IMG/VR virus record: IMGVR_UViG_3300017605_000880 | Coordinates: 1-64,000 of that record | From: a virus | Strand: one strand, 5' to 3' | DNA: 64,000 nt | Part shown: piece after piece, positions 45,627 to 53,837 of the stretch | How the letters are laid out: every line of letters starts with the position of its first letter | Position numbering within the stretch: position 1 is the first letter of the stretch | Program-made: the position numbers and the translations under genes | Notes under the pieces: generated by a model | What the model saw: only the letters and a program-made list of their open reading frames with translations | Told to the model about the DNA's origin: nothing | Databases searched by the model: none

Positions 45627-45848
45627 TCACCGGCGGCGCGTCGACCGGCGCTTCTTGCCCCCGACTGCCATGCCCGGGTACCTCGCCCGGACCGCCGCCG
45701 CAACCCGAGCATACACCCCGTTACGCCGGGCGTACGCCAACGCTGTCCTGGCGTGGGCCCGGTCGTGGATCGGGTACTTGCGCGACTTCGGATACACGAA
45801 CGCACTCGCCGGCAGCCTGCGGCGAGAAGCAGCCGTCAACTTCGCCAT
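45627..45848 (-). CDS. basic protein (RRLPASAF.YP..RKYPIHD..HAR.AL family)
   Basis: MAKLTAASRRRLPASAFVYPKSRKYPIHDRAHARTALAY...; recurrent phage head-region motif. Confidence 0.65.
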   Translation of the reverse strand: MAKLTAASRRRLPASAFVYPKSRKYPIHDRAHARTALAYARRNGVYARVAAAVRARYPGMAVGGKKRRSTRRR

Positions 45849-46025
45849 ACGACCAACGGTACCCCCGCCGCACCACGTGTTACAATAGCAGCGGCAGAGC
45901 ACCTGTTCGACCTCGTGTCAAGTGGCTGCGACCCTGCCGGTTCGTGATGAACCCGGCCCCTGCTCGCGATGAGCGAATCCCAGTACACCTCGGATCTCGC
46001 TGCGACAGCGGGAAGGAGTCTACAC

Positions 46026-47108
46026 GTGAGCAAGACTGCACTGCCCGAATGGGTCATCGGCCTCGACGAGGGACACGAAGGCCCCACGTATCGCCCTGGC
46101 ACCATCGTCGGGTTCCGCAAGGACGGCACCCCGCTGTACATGGTGGCTGGTGGCGCTGCCGCGAATGTCGCCGACTGGATCCCGATCGAGTACGACTCGG
46201 AGGTCATCCAGCGGGTCCTGATGGAGTCCGCGATCGAGCGGTTCGGCAGCCGCGTCCCGATGCGGTCCAAGACCAAGTCGATCCCCCGCTCCGCAGGGAT
46301 CACGGTCACCGCCGGGACCACCTACGTCGACGACACCTCGACCAACGACGAGGTCACCATCACCGCCCGCCGGTTCATCGCCCGGTTCAAGATCGACGAG
46401 GACGACCTCGCCGACGCTTCGACCCGCATGGACGTGATCCGGACCAAGGGCATCGACTGGGCGATCTCCTACGCCGACGTGTTCGACAACGCGTGCCTGG
46501 CGGTCACCGGCGCCGAGAACGGCACCACCGTCCCGTTCACCTCGGTGTACCGGGCGCTGCGTTCGACCAACTCCGACACCAGCTACACCGCCGACGACAA
46601 CTACCTGCAGTGGGATGACGACCTGATCAACATCCCGGCAACCCCGCTCGGGACGTCGCTGTACGAGAAGCTGTCGGCCCTGTTCAAGAAGGTCGAGACC
46701 GGCAAGTACTGGTCGCCGGCCGACATGCTCGTCATCGCCCACCCAGGGTGGCGTGACGCACTGCGGCTGTGCCTGGACGCGCAGGGCCGGCCGATCTTCC
46801 AGCCGGGTGTCGGGTTCGGCCTGCCGGGCAACGGCACCCCGGATGCGCTGTTCAACACCCCGATCGTGTGGACCCGTGGCGCGAAGACCAGCCCGACCAA
46901 CACCGGCTCGCCGGGCGGCAACGACGTGCTGTTCTTCGCGAACGCCCGGTTCCTCAAGCGCGGTGACCGTTCTGGCCCGGAGACGCTGACCGACGACGCG
47001 CGGGCGCAGGACGACACCGACGACTACGCGATCAAGTTCCGCACCCGTCGCGGGTTCGTGGTCTCGCACGAGAAGGCGATGGCGGTTCTGGAGCGCATCA
47101 CCGACTAA
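46026..47108 (+). CDS. major capsid protein (HK97 fold)
   Basis: GGAAGGAG SD before GTG; WIPIEYDSEVI, CLDAQGRPIF, LFNTPIV, IKFRTRRGFVVSHEKAMAVL. Confidence 0.85.
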   Translation: MSKTALPEWVIGLDEGHEGPTYRPGTIVGFRKDGTPLYMVAGGAAANVADWIPIEYDSEVIQRVLMESAIERFGSRVPMRSKTKSIPRSAGITVTAGTTYVDDTSTNDEVTITARRFIARFKIDEDDLADASTRMDVIRTKGIDWAISYADVFDNACLAVTGAENGTTVPFTSVYRALRSTNSDTSYTADDNYLQWDDDLINIPATPLGTSLYEKLSALFKKVETGKYWSPADMLVIAHPGWRDALRLCLDAQGRPIFQPGVGFGLPGNGTPDALFNTPIVWTRGAKTSPTNTGSPGGNDVLFFANARFLKRGDRSGPETLTDDARAQDDTDDYAIKFRTRRGFVVSHEKAMAVLERITD

Positions 47109-47229
47109 CGGCACCCCCCGTTCTCGGGGGCCGGTGTTTCGGGGACCCCGACCCCCGAGCCCGGCCCCCGAGCCGTACCTGGCTGGTACACTGGTGGCGA
47201 CGGCGGACAACCAAGTCGGGAGGATCACA

Positions 47230-47682
47230 GTGGGAGTGTACGACGATTGGCGGCAGCCGCAGCTGCAGGCCGAGGCTGCTAAGCGCGGTCTGTCCGGGGG
47301 CGGGTCGAACGACGAGATCAAGGCTCGGCTCGAGCAGGACGACGACGAGCAGCGGATCAAGCAGCTTCTCGGCGACGGCGACGGCGGCGAGCCCGACGCT
47401 CAACCAGCCAGCCCACCCGCCGCAACCTCGGCAGCCCCCCCGGAGCCGGAGGCGACCCAGGCTGAGCCGACGCCGCCACCGAAGGAGTACACCGCGAAGT
47501 TCGAATGTCGCGGCGAGCTGTCGACCGGGACCCACGAAGACAACCGGTTCCGCGCCTACGACCAGGCCGTCCGCGCTGGGCACACCCCACGCGGCGGGCT
47601 CGCTGCGGCGTACCGGTCCGGGTTCGAGGACGTCAACGGGGTCCGGCACGCCGTATACAAGGTGACTCTCACGAAGCAGTAG
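47230..47682 (+). CDS. SAP-domain protein
   Basis: LQAEAAKRGLSGGGSNDEIKARL. Confidence 0.65.
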   Translation: MGVYDDWRQPQLQAEAAKRGLSGGGSNDEIKARLEQDDDEQRIKQLLGDGDGGEPDAQPASPPAATSAAPPEPEATQAEPTPPPKEYTAKFECRGELSTGTHEDNRFRAYDQAVRAGHTPRGGLAAAYRSGFEDVNGVRHAVYKVTLTKQ

Positions 47683-47692
47683 GAGGCCGCCG

Positions 47693-48139
47693 GTGACCGC
47701 ACCGCTCGAGGCGTGGGCCGACAGCGACGACGTGGACCTGCTGACCGGTGTCACCGTCGGCGACGATGATGTCCTGCGCGCCCAGGACATCATCGAGATC
47801 TTCGCCGGCACCACCTGGCTGGCCACCGATCAGATCTCCGAACGGAACCTGCGGCTGTTGAACCGGGCTGTGGCGTACCAGACCGCGTGGATGGCCAGCC
47901 GACCCGACATGTACAGCCATTTCGACGTCGACACTGTCTCGCAGGACGGGGCCAGTTTCACCCCCAGCACAGTGAACGCCCAGCTTCTCGCCCCCCTCGC
48001 GCAGCGGTGCCTGCGCCGGCTTACCTGGGGGCAGAAACCGCTGCGGGTCCGGCACGGCTACAACCAGCCGGACTACAACAACCTGGGGCCGCGTGATTCG
48101 GCTGTCGCCGACGACAACCGGCCATGGGTGCCGATGTGA
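47693..48139 (+). CDS. head-to-tail adaptor
   Basis: Position; RAQDIIE...LNRAVAYQTAW...LAPLAQRCL. Confidence 0.7.
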   Translation: MTAPLEAWADSDDVDLLTGVTVGDDDVLRAQDIIEIFAGTTWLATDQISERNLRLLNRAVAYQTAWMASRPDMYSHFDVDTVSQDGASFTPSTVNAQLLAPLAQRCLRRLTWGQKPLRVRHGYNQPDYNNLGPRDSAVADDNRPWVPM

Positions 48140-48471
48140 GAGCGGTCGCCACCACCACCGTGTCGATCCTGCGCGGCACCGTCACCGACGGCTACGGCGA
48201 CGCGGTGGACGACAACACCGGCACACCGGCTGCGACCGGGGTGCCAGCGTCGATCCTGGAGCAGAACCGGCGGGTGTTCCTGCCAGCCGAGCAGGCTTAC
48301 CGGATCGTCCGGACCTACGCCGGGCGGGTCGGCCCCGAGGTCGACATCCGCAAAGACGACCGGCTGTTGGACGAGCAGACCAACATCGTCTACCTGGTGA
48401 CCGACCTGTCGGACCCGCACGCGTCGGTGATGCACCCCGACTACGTACTCCAGCTGTCCCGCACCACCTGA
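48136..48471 (+). CDS. head-to-tail stopper
   Basis: VSILRG..DGYGD...DIRKDDRL. Confidence 0.7.
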   Translation: MRAVATTTVSILRGTVTDGYGDAVDDNTGTPAATGVPASILEQNRRVFLPAEQAYRIVRTYAGRVGPEVDIRKDDRLLDEQTNIVYLVTDLSDPHASVMHPDYVLQLSRTT

Positions 48472-48562
48472 TGCTACAATCGGGCTAGACAGGGGGATCC
48501 TCGGACGGGTCGACCGGCCGCCCCTGCAGGTCAGTCCAGCTTGGTAGACAGGCGGGTGAGCA

Positions 48563-48952
48563 GTGGTTGTTATCTACGTTGAGAGCCCACTCGCCCAGGT
48601 GCACATCGACGGTATCCGCGACGACCTGCGCGAGTGGCTCGCGAAAGAAATCGCCGCCGACGCCCGCCGGTACGCCCCCGTCGACACCGGCTACCTGTCG
48701 ACCCACATCTGGCCCAACCACGACTCGAGCCGGGTTATCGCCTCCGGGGCCGGGATGCCCCCGAACGCCGACGCTCCAGCCTGCGTCGAATACGGAACCC
48801 GGCCGCACGACATCCCCAATGCGTTCGGGTGGGGCTTCACCGCCCACCACCCCGGCACCCAGCCGCAGCCGTACCTGCGGCCAGCCGCGTACACCCGCAG
48901 GGTGATCCCGCCGTCGGCGGTCCATTCGATCTCCAACCGGGCGCCGCGATGA
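48563..48952 (+). CDS. HK97 gp10-like neck protein
   Basis: ARRYAPVDTGYL...VEYGT...HPGTQPQPYLRPA. Confidence 0.8.
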   Translation: MVVIYVESPLAQVHIDGIRDDLREWLAKEIAADARRYAPVDTGYLSTHIWPNHDSSRVIASGAGMPPNADAPACVEYGTRPHDIPNAFGWGFTAHHPGTQPQPYLRPAAYTRRVIPPSAVHSISNRAPR

Positions 48953-49419
48953 GCACCCCGCTGCTGCCCAACGCCGAACTGGTCGCCAAGCAGTGGCTGC
49001 TCGCCGCCGTGTCCGGGTTGACCGGGAAGGTCTCCACCACCCTGCCTGACTCGCCGTGGACCGACCATGAGTTCGTCCAGATCATGGCCGTCGGCGGGAG
49101 CCCCGACCCGGATGTGCCGATGTTCCACCCGGTGGTGACCGTCAACGTCTTCGCGGAGAAACCCGGCAGCCGCAAACCGCCATGGGGACAGGCGTTCCAG
49201 CTGGCAATGCGGATCGTGATGGCGACCTACACCAAACGGTGGGCGCCCGACCCGGCGGTCGAACTGACCGGGCTCCCGGCCAACTACGGCCGGGCGGTGG
49301 TCGGGTCAGTGTACCCGGTCAGCGAGATCCGGAAGCTCCCCTCAGACCCGTCGCAGTACGCGGCGTACACCGTCGACCTGCAGTTCAACTGGGTCCCCGC
49401 GTCGGTGGTGATCGCATGA
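48949..49419 (+). CDS. tail terminator
   Basis: LPNAELVAKQWL...VGGSPD; position. Confidence 0.7.
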   Translation: MSTPLLPNAELVAKQWLLAAVSGLTGKVSTTLPDSPWTDHEFVQIMAVGGSPDPDVPMFHPVVTVNVFAEKPGSRKPPWGQAFQLAMRIVMATYTKRWAPDPAVELTGLPANYGRAVVGSVYPVSEIRKLPSDPSQYAAYTVDLQFNWVPASVVIA

Positions 49420-49661
49420 GCCGCACCATGCCGGACCGGTACGGGCTGGTCGGCGCCTCGTCGGGGCAGCTGCTGACCTACCAGGGCCAGGCGATCCTGC
49501 ACGACAACCGGCGGGAGATGGAGTTCCTGTTCCCGAACACCCGGGTTGTCCGGGTCACCCGGGGCGAGTTGGGCCAGCCGTGGATGTGGCTTAAACACCA
49601 CCCGGCGATGGAGCGTACCTCGTTCCCGCTCCAACGGGAGGAGTTCGTCGATGCCCGGTAG
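49416..49661 (+). CDS. hypothetical protein
   Basis: ATGA overlap; LLTYQGQAILHDNRREMEFLFP. Confidence 0.6.
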   Translation: MSRTMPDRYGLVGASSGQLLTYQGQAILHDNRREMEFLFPNTRVVRVTRGELGQPWMWLKHHPAMERTSFPLQREEFVDAR

Positions 49662-49863
49662 ACGTGGGCACCACCGGGGCAGTCACACCTATCCGGGGTT
49701 CCGCAGCAAGAAGCAATGGCGGTGGGCGTTCGCCACCCACCAGAAGTTCGCCCACAAATGGGCCCACGAGACACCCGGCGGCAAGAAAGTCAGGTACCGG
49801 CGGCTGCCAACCCGGGTCGGCCGTCCGACAGCACGAACGCTACGCAGCAAGAAAGGAAGATGA
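49651..49863 (+). CDS. basic protein
   Basis: GGAGGAG SD; FRSKKQWRWAFATHQKFAHKWAHETP...LP. Confidence 0.65.
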   Translation: MPGRRGHHRGSHTYPGFRSKKQWRWAFATHQKFAHKWAHETPGGKKVRYRRLPTRVGRPTARTLRSKKGR

Positions 49864-49866
49864 GCA

Positions 49867-50451
49867 ATGGCCGTAACCGTGCTGAACCTGATCCAGGGAC
49901 CCGGCACTCTCTACAAGGGCACGCAGTATTCGAACACGACTGCGTACACCACCACCGCAGAGCCGCTGGACGCGGCAGTCAACACCACCCCCCAGTCCTC
50001 GTCGTGGACCGACGTCGGCGGGACCCGGGACGGTGTGACGATCGAGATCGGTCGGGAGTACTCCGAGCTGGAAGTCGACCAGCTGGTCGACACCCCGGAC
50101 CGGCGGATGACCAAGCGGGAGATGAACATCGCCACCAACCTGGCGGAGGCGACGCTGGAGAACTACGCTCTGGCGAACAACGAATCCCCCCCGACCACCG
50201 CGTCCGGCTACAAGGTGACCGAGCCGGTGACGACTACGGCGGCGACCCAGCCGACGTTCGTCCCGTTGATCTTCGACGGGTTCGCGCCGACAGCGTTCCG
50301 ACGGCGGTTTATCGGCCGCAGGATGTTGTCGACCGAGCCGGTGCAGGTCGCGTACAAGAAGGACGGGCAGACGGTCTACGCGGTCAAGTGGGCGTCGCAT
50401 TACGTCTCGTCCAGCATCGCACCGTACAAGCTGGTCGATCAGACCTCGTAA
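49867..50451 (+). CDS. major tail protein
   Basis: NLIQGPGTLY, WTDVGGTRDGV, EVDQ, TNLAEATLEN. Confidence 0.8.
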   Translation: MAVTVLNLIQGPGTLYKGTQYSNTTAYTTTAEPLDAAVNTTPQSSSWTDVGGTRDGVTIEIGREYSELEVDQLVDTPDRRMTKREMNIATNLAEATLENYALANNESPPTTASGYKVTEPVTTTAATQPTFVPLIFDGFAPTAFRRRFIGRRMLSTEPVQVAYKKDGQTVYAVKWASHYVSSSIAPYKLVDQTS

Positions 50452-50467
50452 CCCAGGAGAGCAGGCA

Positions 50468-50869
50468 ATGACTATGGTCGGGGAGTCGGCAGGCGGCAGC
50501 GGCGGCGGGTTCTCGGTGAACCCGTCGCTGTTGGCCGACGATGAGGAGACAGCAGACGGCGGGCTGCCGGACGGGGTGTACCTGGAAGGCACCATGGTCC
50601 CGCCGGATCGGGAGGAGCTTTTCCGGGTCGAGGGGAAGATCTACACGGTCCCGAAGAAGATCGACCCGGGGATCGCGTTCCGGTACATGAAGAGCGTGCG
50701 CAAGGGCAGGGGCGACCAGGCCGCCGCCGACATGTTGTACGACGTGCTCGGCGAGGCTGTGATCGACGTCCTGGCTGCGGACAAGCTGGACCAGGACCAG
50801 GTGGCGGCGGTGATGAAGGCGACGGAGAAGTACGCCATGTCGGCGATCCGCAAGACCTTGGGAAACTGA
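50468..50869 (+). CDS. tail assembly chaperone (G)
   Basis: Between major tail and tape measure genes; ends at slippery site. Confidence 0.8.
   Translation: MTMVGESAGGSGGGFSVNPSLLADDEETADGGLPDGVYLEGTMVPPDREELFRVEGKIYTVPKKIDPGIAFRYMKSVRKGRGDQAAADMLYDVLGEAVIDVLAADKLDQDQVAAVMKATEKYAMSAIRKTLGN
50860..50866 (+). other. -1 programmed ribosomal frameshift site G GGA AAC
   Basis: X XXY YYZ heptamer before TGA; the -1 frame is open into ORF 50887..51192. Confidence 0.8.
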
Positions 50870-51192
50870 TCCAGCGCGCCGCCGAGATGTCCTGGATGCT
50901 GGACCTGGATTACGACATCGAATCCGACCTGCACCGGTTCCACGGGTTGGAGGTCGACCTCGACGAGGACCAGTACGCCGGGCTACCGGCGGAGCGGCTG
51001 TTCAGCCTGATCGAACGGCTCGGCGCCTACGACGGCGCGCTGGCAAGTAGGATCCACCAGCTGGTGGAAGAGCAACGGACGCAACACCCCAGCGCCCAGG
51101 CCCTACAGAAGCCCGGGGCAACCCAGATCGACGCGACCACGGCAGACGTCGCCGAACAGCTGGGTGACTGGGTGGAGATCTCGAAGGTGTAG
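50860..51192 (+). CDS. tail assembly chaperone frameshifted extension (GT)
   Basis: -1 frame continuation KLIQRAAEMSWMLDL... Confidence 0.75.
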   Translation, partial: GKLIQRAAEMSWMLDLDYDIESDLHRFHGLEVDLDEDQYAGLPAERLFSLIERLGAYDGALASRIHQLVEEQRTQHPSAQALQKPGATQIDATTADVAEQLGDWVEISKV

Positions 51193-51206
51193 GCAGGAGG
51201 CGGAGG

Positions 51207-53837
51207 GTGGCAGCCGGGTTCAAGGTCGCCGACGCCTACATCGAGGTCCATGTCGACGACGACACCAAAAAGGGCCGGCGTGACATCGACCGCGACACCC
51301 GCCGGTGGGCTGACAACCTCGGTAAAGGGATCGGCACCAGTCTGCTGTCCGGGTTGACCAGCGGGCTGCGCGGGCTGTTCACAGTGCTCAAAGGCTCGAT
51401 CATGCTGATCGCCTTCACTGCCCGGATGGCGCTGCTCGGGTTGGTTATCGGCAGCGTCATCTCCGCCGTCGCCGGGCTGCTCGGCGCCCTGGTCAACCTC
51501 ATCCCGGTCCTGCACGAATTGGTCGCGGTGATGATACAAGCCGCCGGGGTGTTACTGCTGTACCCAGCGGCGATCGCGTCGGCGTTGATCGCGTTCGGCA
51601 CGTTGAAGCTCGGATTCCAGGGGATATCGGCTGCGTTGAAAGCCGGCCTGTCCGGCGACCTGGAGGCGTTGAACAAAGCACTGGAGAAGCTCGCCCCCAA
51701 CGCGGCGGCGTTCGTCAGCGAGATCATCAAAGCCAAACCGGCGTTCGACCGGATGCGGCTGCAGATCCAGAACAGCCTGTTCGAGGACCTGGCCGAGCTG
51801 CTCCGGAAGATGTCCATGGTGTACCTGCCGATCCTGACCCACGGGTTGGACACCATGGCGATCGCGTTGAACCAGGTGTTCAAGAACATCGGGCAGTTCC
51901 TGTTGGGCGCCCAGACCCAGAACGACATCGGCACCATCATGCAGAACGCCGCCCGCGCCGCGACCGAACTCGGCGGGGTGCTCACCCCTGCGTTGGCGAT
52001 CCTGCGCGACGTGCTGGTTGTGTCGACAAAAGTCCTGGCCGATCTGACCGCCAAACTGGTCCCGGTCTTCCAGGTGTGGGCCGACTCGATCGAGCGGATG
52101 CGCGCCGACGGCTCGCTTGAGAAGCTGATCCTGGACGGTGTTGAGGCGTTGAAGCTGTTCGCCGGTTTGGCCGGCGACCTGATCGGGATCCTGGGCGGGC
52201 TGTCGCGGGCAGCCGGCGAAGGCGGCGGGCTGTTCAGCTTCTTCGACCGGCTGAACAAGCTGGTCAACTCCGTATCCGGGCAGAACACCCTGACCCAGCT
52301 GTTCACCGCACTCGGCGACGCGGCGGTCGCACTCACACCGGTGCTGCTGGTCCTGCTGCAGGCGTTGGTGCCGATCCTGCAGGGGATCTCGCAGATCGCG
52401 GTCGCGTTCGCCCCCGGGCTGACCGTCGTGGTGACCGCGCTCGGGCAGGCGTTGGCCGCGTTGGTCCCGGCGTTTATCGCGTTGGCGCCGCTGCTGGACG
52501 TGGTCGCCGAGGGGTTGATGCCGATCGCGAACATCCTGGTCGACCTGGTGGTCAGCGCAGCCCCATACCTGGCCGAGTTCTTCCGGCTGCTCGCCGACGC
52601 CCTGAAACAGCTGGAGCCGGTCGCCGCGCCGCTCGGGAAAGCACTCGGGCTGCTGGTCCTGGTCCTGTCCGACGCGCTGGCTGGGATCCTGCCAGGGGTG
52701 ATCGACCTGCTCGGGTTCCTGGCCGACGTGCTGGTCGTGATCTTGACCCCGCTCGAGCCGTTGATCCGGCAAGCAATCCCGCTGTTGACGGTGCTGTTCC
52801 ACCAGCTGTTCGACTCGCTGCAGCCGCTGCTGCCGGCGCTGTTCACGTTCGTGATGGTGTTCGTCACCGAACTGCTGGCGCACAAAGACGAGCTGATCGT
52901 GATGTTCTTCCAGTGGGTGCAGCTGCTGACCACCCTGGCTGAGAAGATGACCGGCGAGTTCATCCAAGCGCTGGCCGACATCATCCCGCTGCTGCCGCAG
53001 CTGATTGAGAACGGGTTGGCGTTCGCGCAGGTGCTGCTCGAACTGACCCAAACCTTGATGCCGTTGATCCTGCTGTTCTTCGACGCCACCAACAACAGCG
53101 GGCTGTGGGTGGTGGTTATCCTCACGTTGACCGGCTGGTTGAAGATCCTGCAGGTCGAGTTGGAGGGCGCGAAGATCTGGGTGAACTACCTGATCGCCGA
53201 GTTCAAGATCATCATGCAGGTCATCGGGTGGGTGATCGACCAGGTGTCGCGGCTGGTCGGCTGGATCGTGTCCGGGTTCAGCCAGATCAGCAGCGCAATC
53301 GGTGGGGCGTTGCACAGCGCCTACCAGGCGATCCTGAACTTCGGGGTCAGCATGTACAACGCCGGGGCCAACCTGATCTCCCAACTGATCGGCGGGATCA
53401 AATCGATGCTCGGTCCGGTCGGTAACGCGGTCGGCGCCGTGGTGCAGCGGGTCAAGGACTTCTTCAACTGGAGCCCCGCGAAACGCGGCCCGCTATCCGG
53501 ACGCGGCGACATGCGCTACGCCGGGCAGAACCTGGTCGGACGGCTGGTCGAGGGCGTCCAGCAGGGGATGACCGAGGCGGAGCAGGCCGCCGCGACTCTC
53601 GCCGGGCTGTTCGGGGTGGGCGGGGCTGGGCGGTTCGCGTTTGCCGGAGTCGGCGGCGGTGCAGCCGGTGGGCAGCCTCCGCAGATCTACGCGTTGGTCC
53701 AGATCGGCGAACGGCCGGTCAGGGAGATGGTGCAGGCCACGCTCGTGGACAACCCGGAGATGGTCGCGAAGGCAACCAACGAAGGCAACCGGCAGGACGC
53801 GGCTATCACTGGGCGGAAACGGATCGGTGACACGTGA
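51207..53837 (+). CDS. tape measure protein
   Basis: VADAYIEV N-term; long amphipathic helical repeats; FFNWSPAKRGPLSG. Confidence 0.9.
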   Translation: MAAGFKVADAYIEVHVDDDTKKGRRDIDRDTRRWADNLGKGIGTSLLSGLTSGLRGLFTVLKGSIMLIAFTARMALLGLVIGSVISAVAGLLGALVNLIPVLHELVAVMIQAAGVLLLYPAAIASALIAFGTLKLGFQGISAALKAGLSGDLEALNKALEKLAPNAAAFVSEIIKAKPAFDRMRLQIQNSLFEDLAELLRKMSMVYLPILTHGLDTMAIALNQVFKNIGQFLLGAQTQNDIGTIMQNAARAATELGGVLTPALAILRDVLVVSTKVLADLTAKLVPVFQVWADSIERMRADGSLEKLILDGVEALKLFAGLAGDLIGILGGLSRAAGEGGGLFSFFDRLNKLVNSVSGQNTLTQLFTALGDAAVALTPVLLVLLQALVPILQGISQIAVAFAPGLTVVVTALGQALAALVPAFIALAPLLDVVAEGLMPIANILVDLVVSAAPYLAEFFRLLADALKQLEPVAAPLGKALGLLVLVLSDALAGILPGVIDLLGFLADVLVVILTPLEPLIRQAIPLLTVLFHQLFDSLQPLLPALFTFVMVFVTELLAHKDELIVMFFQWVQLLTTLAEKMTGEFIQALADIIPLLPQLIENGLAFAQVLLELTQTLMPLILLFFDATNNSGLWVVVILTLTGWLKILQVELEGAKIWVNYLIAEFKIIMQVIGWVIDQVSRLVGWIVSGFSQISSAIGGALHSAYQAILNFGVSMYNAGANLISQLIGGIKSMLGPVGNAVGAVVQRVKDFFNWSPAKRGPLSGRGDMRYAGQNLVGRLVEGVQQGMTEAEQAAATLAGLFGVGGAGRFAFAGVGGGAAGGQPPQIYALVQIGERPVREMVQATLVDNPEMVAKATNEGNRQDAAITGRKRIGDT

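Noticed and set aside
50860-50869. Tail chaperone frameshift as a novelty
   Set aside because: It is the canonical -1 frameshift of long-tailed phages; listed as a feature only.
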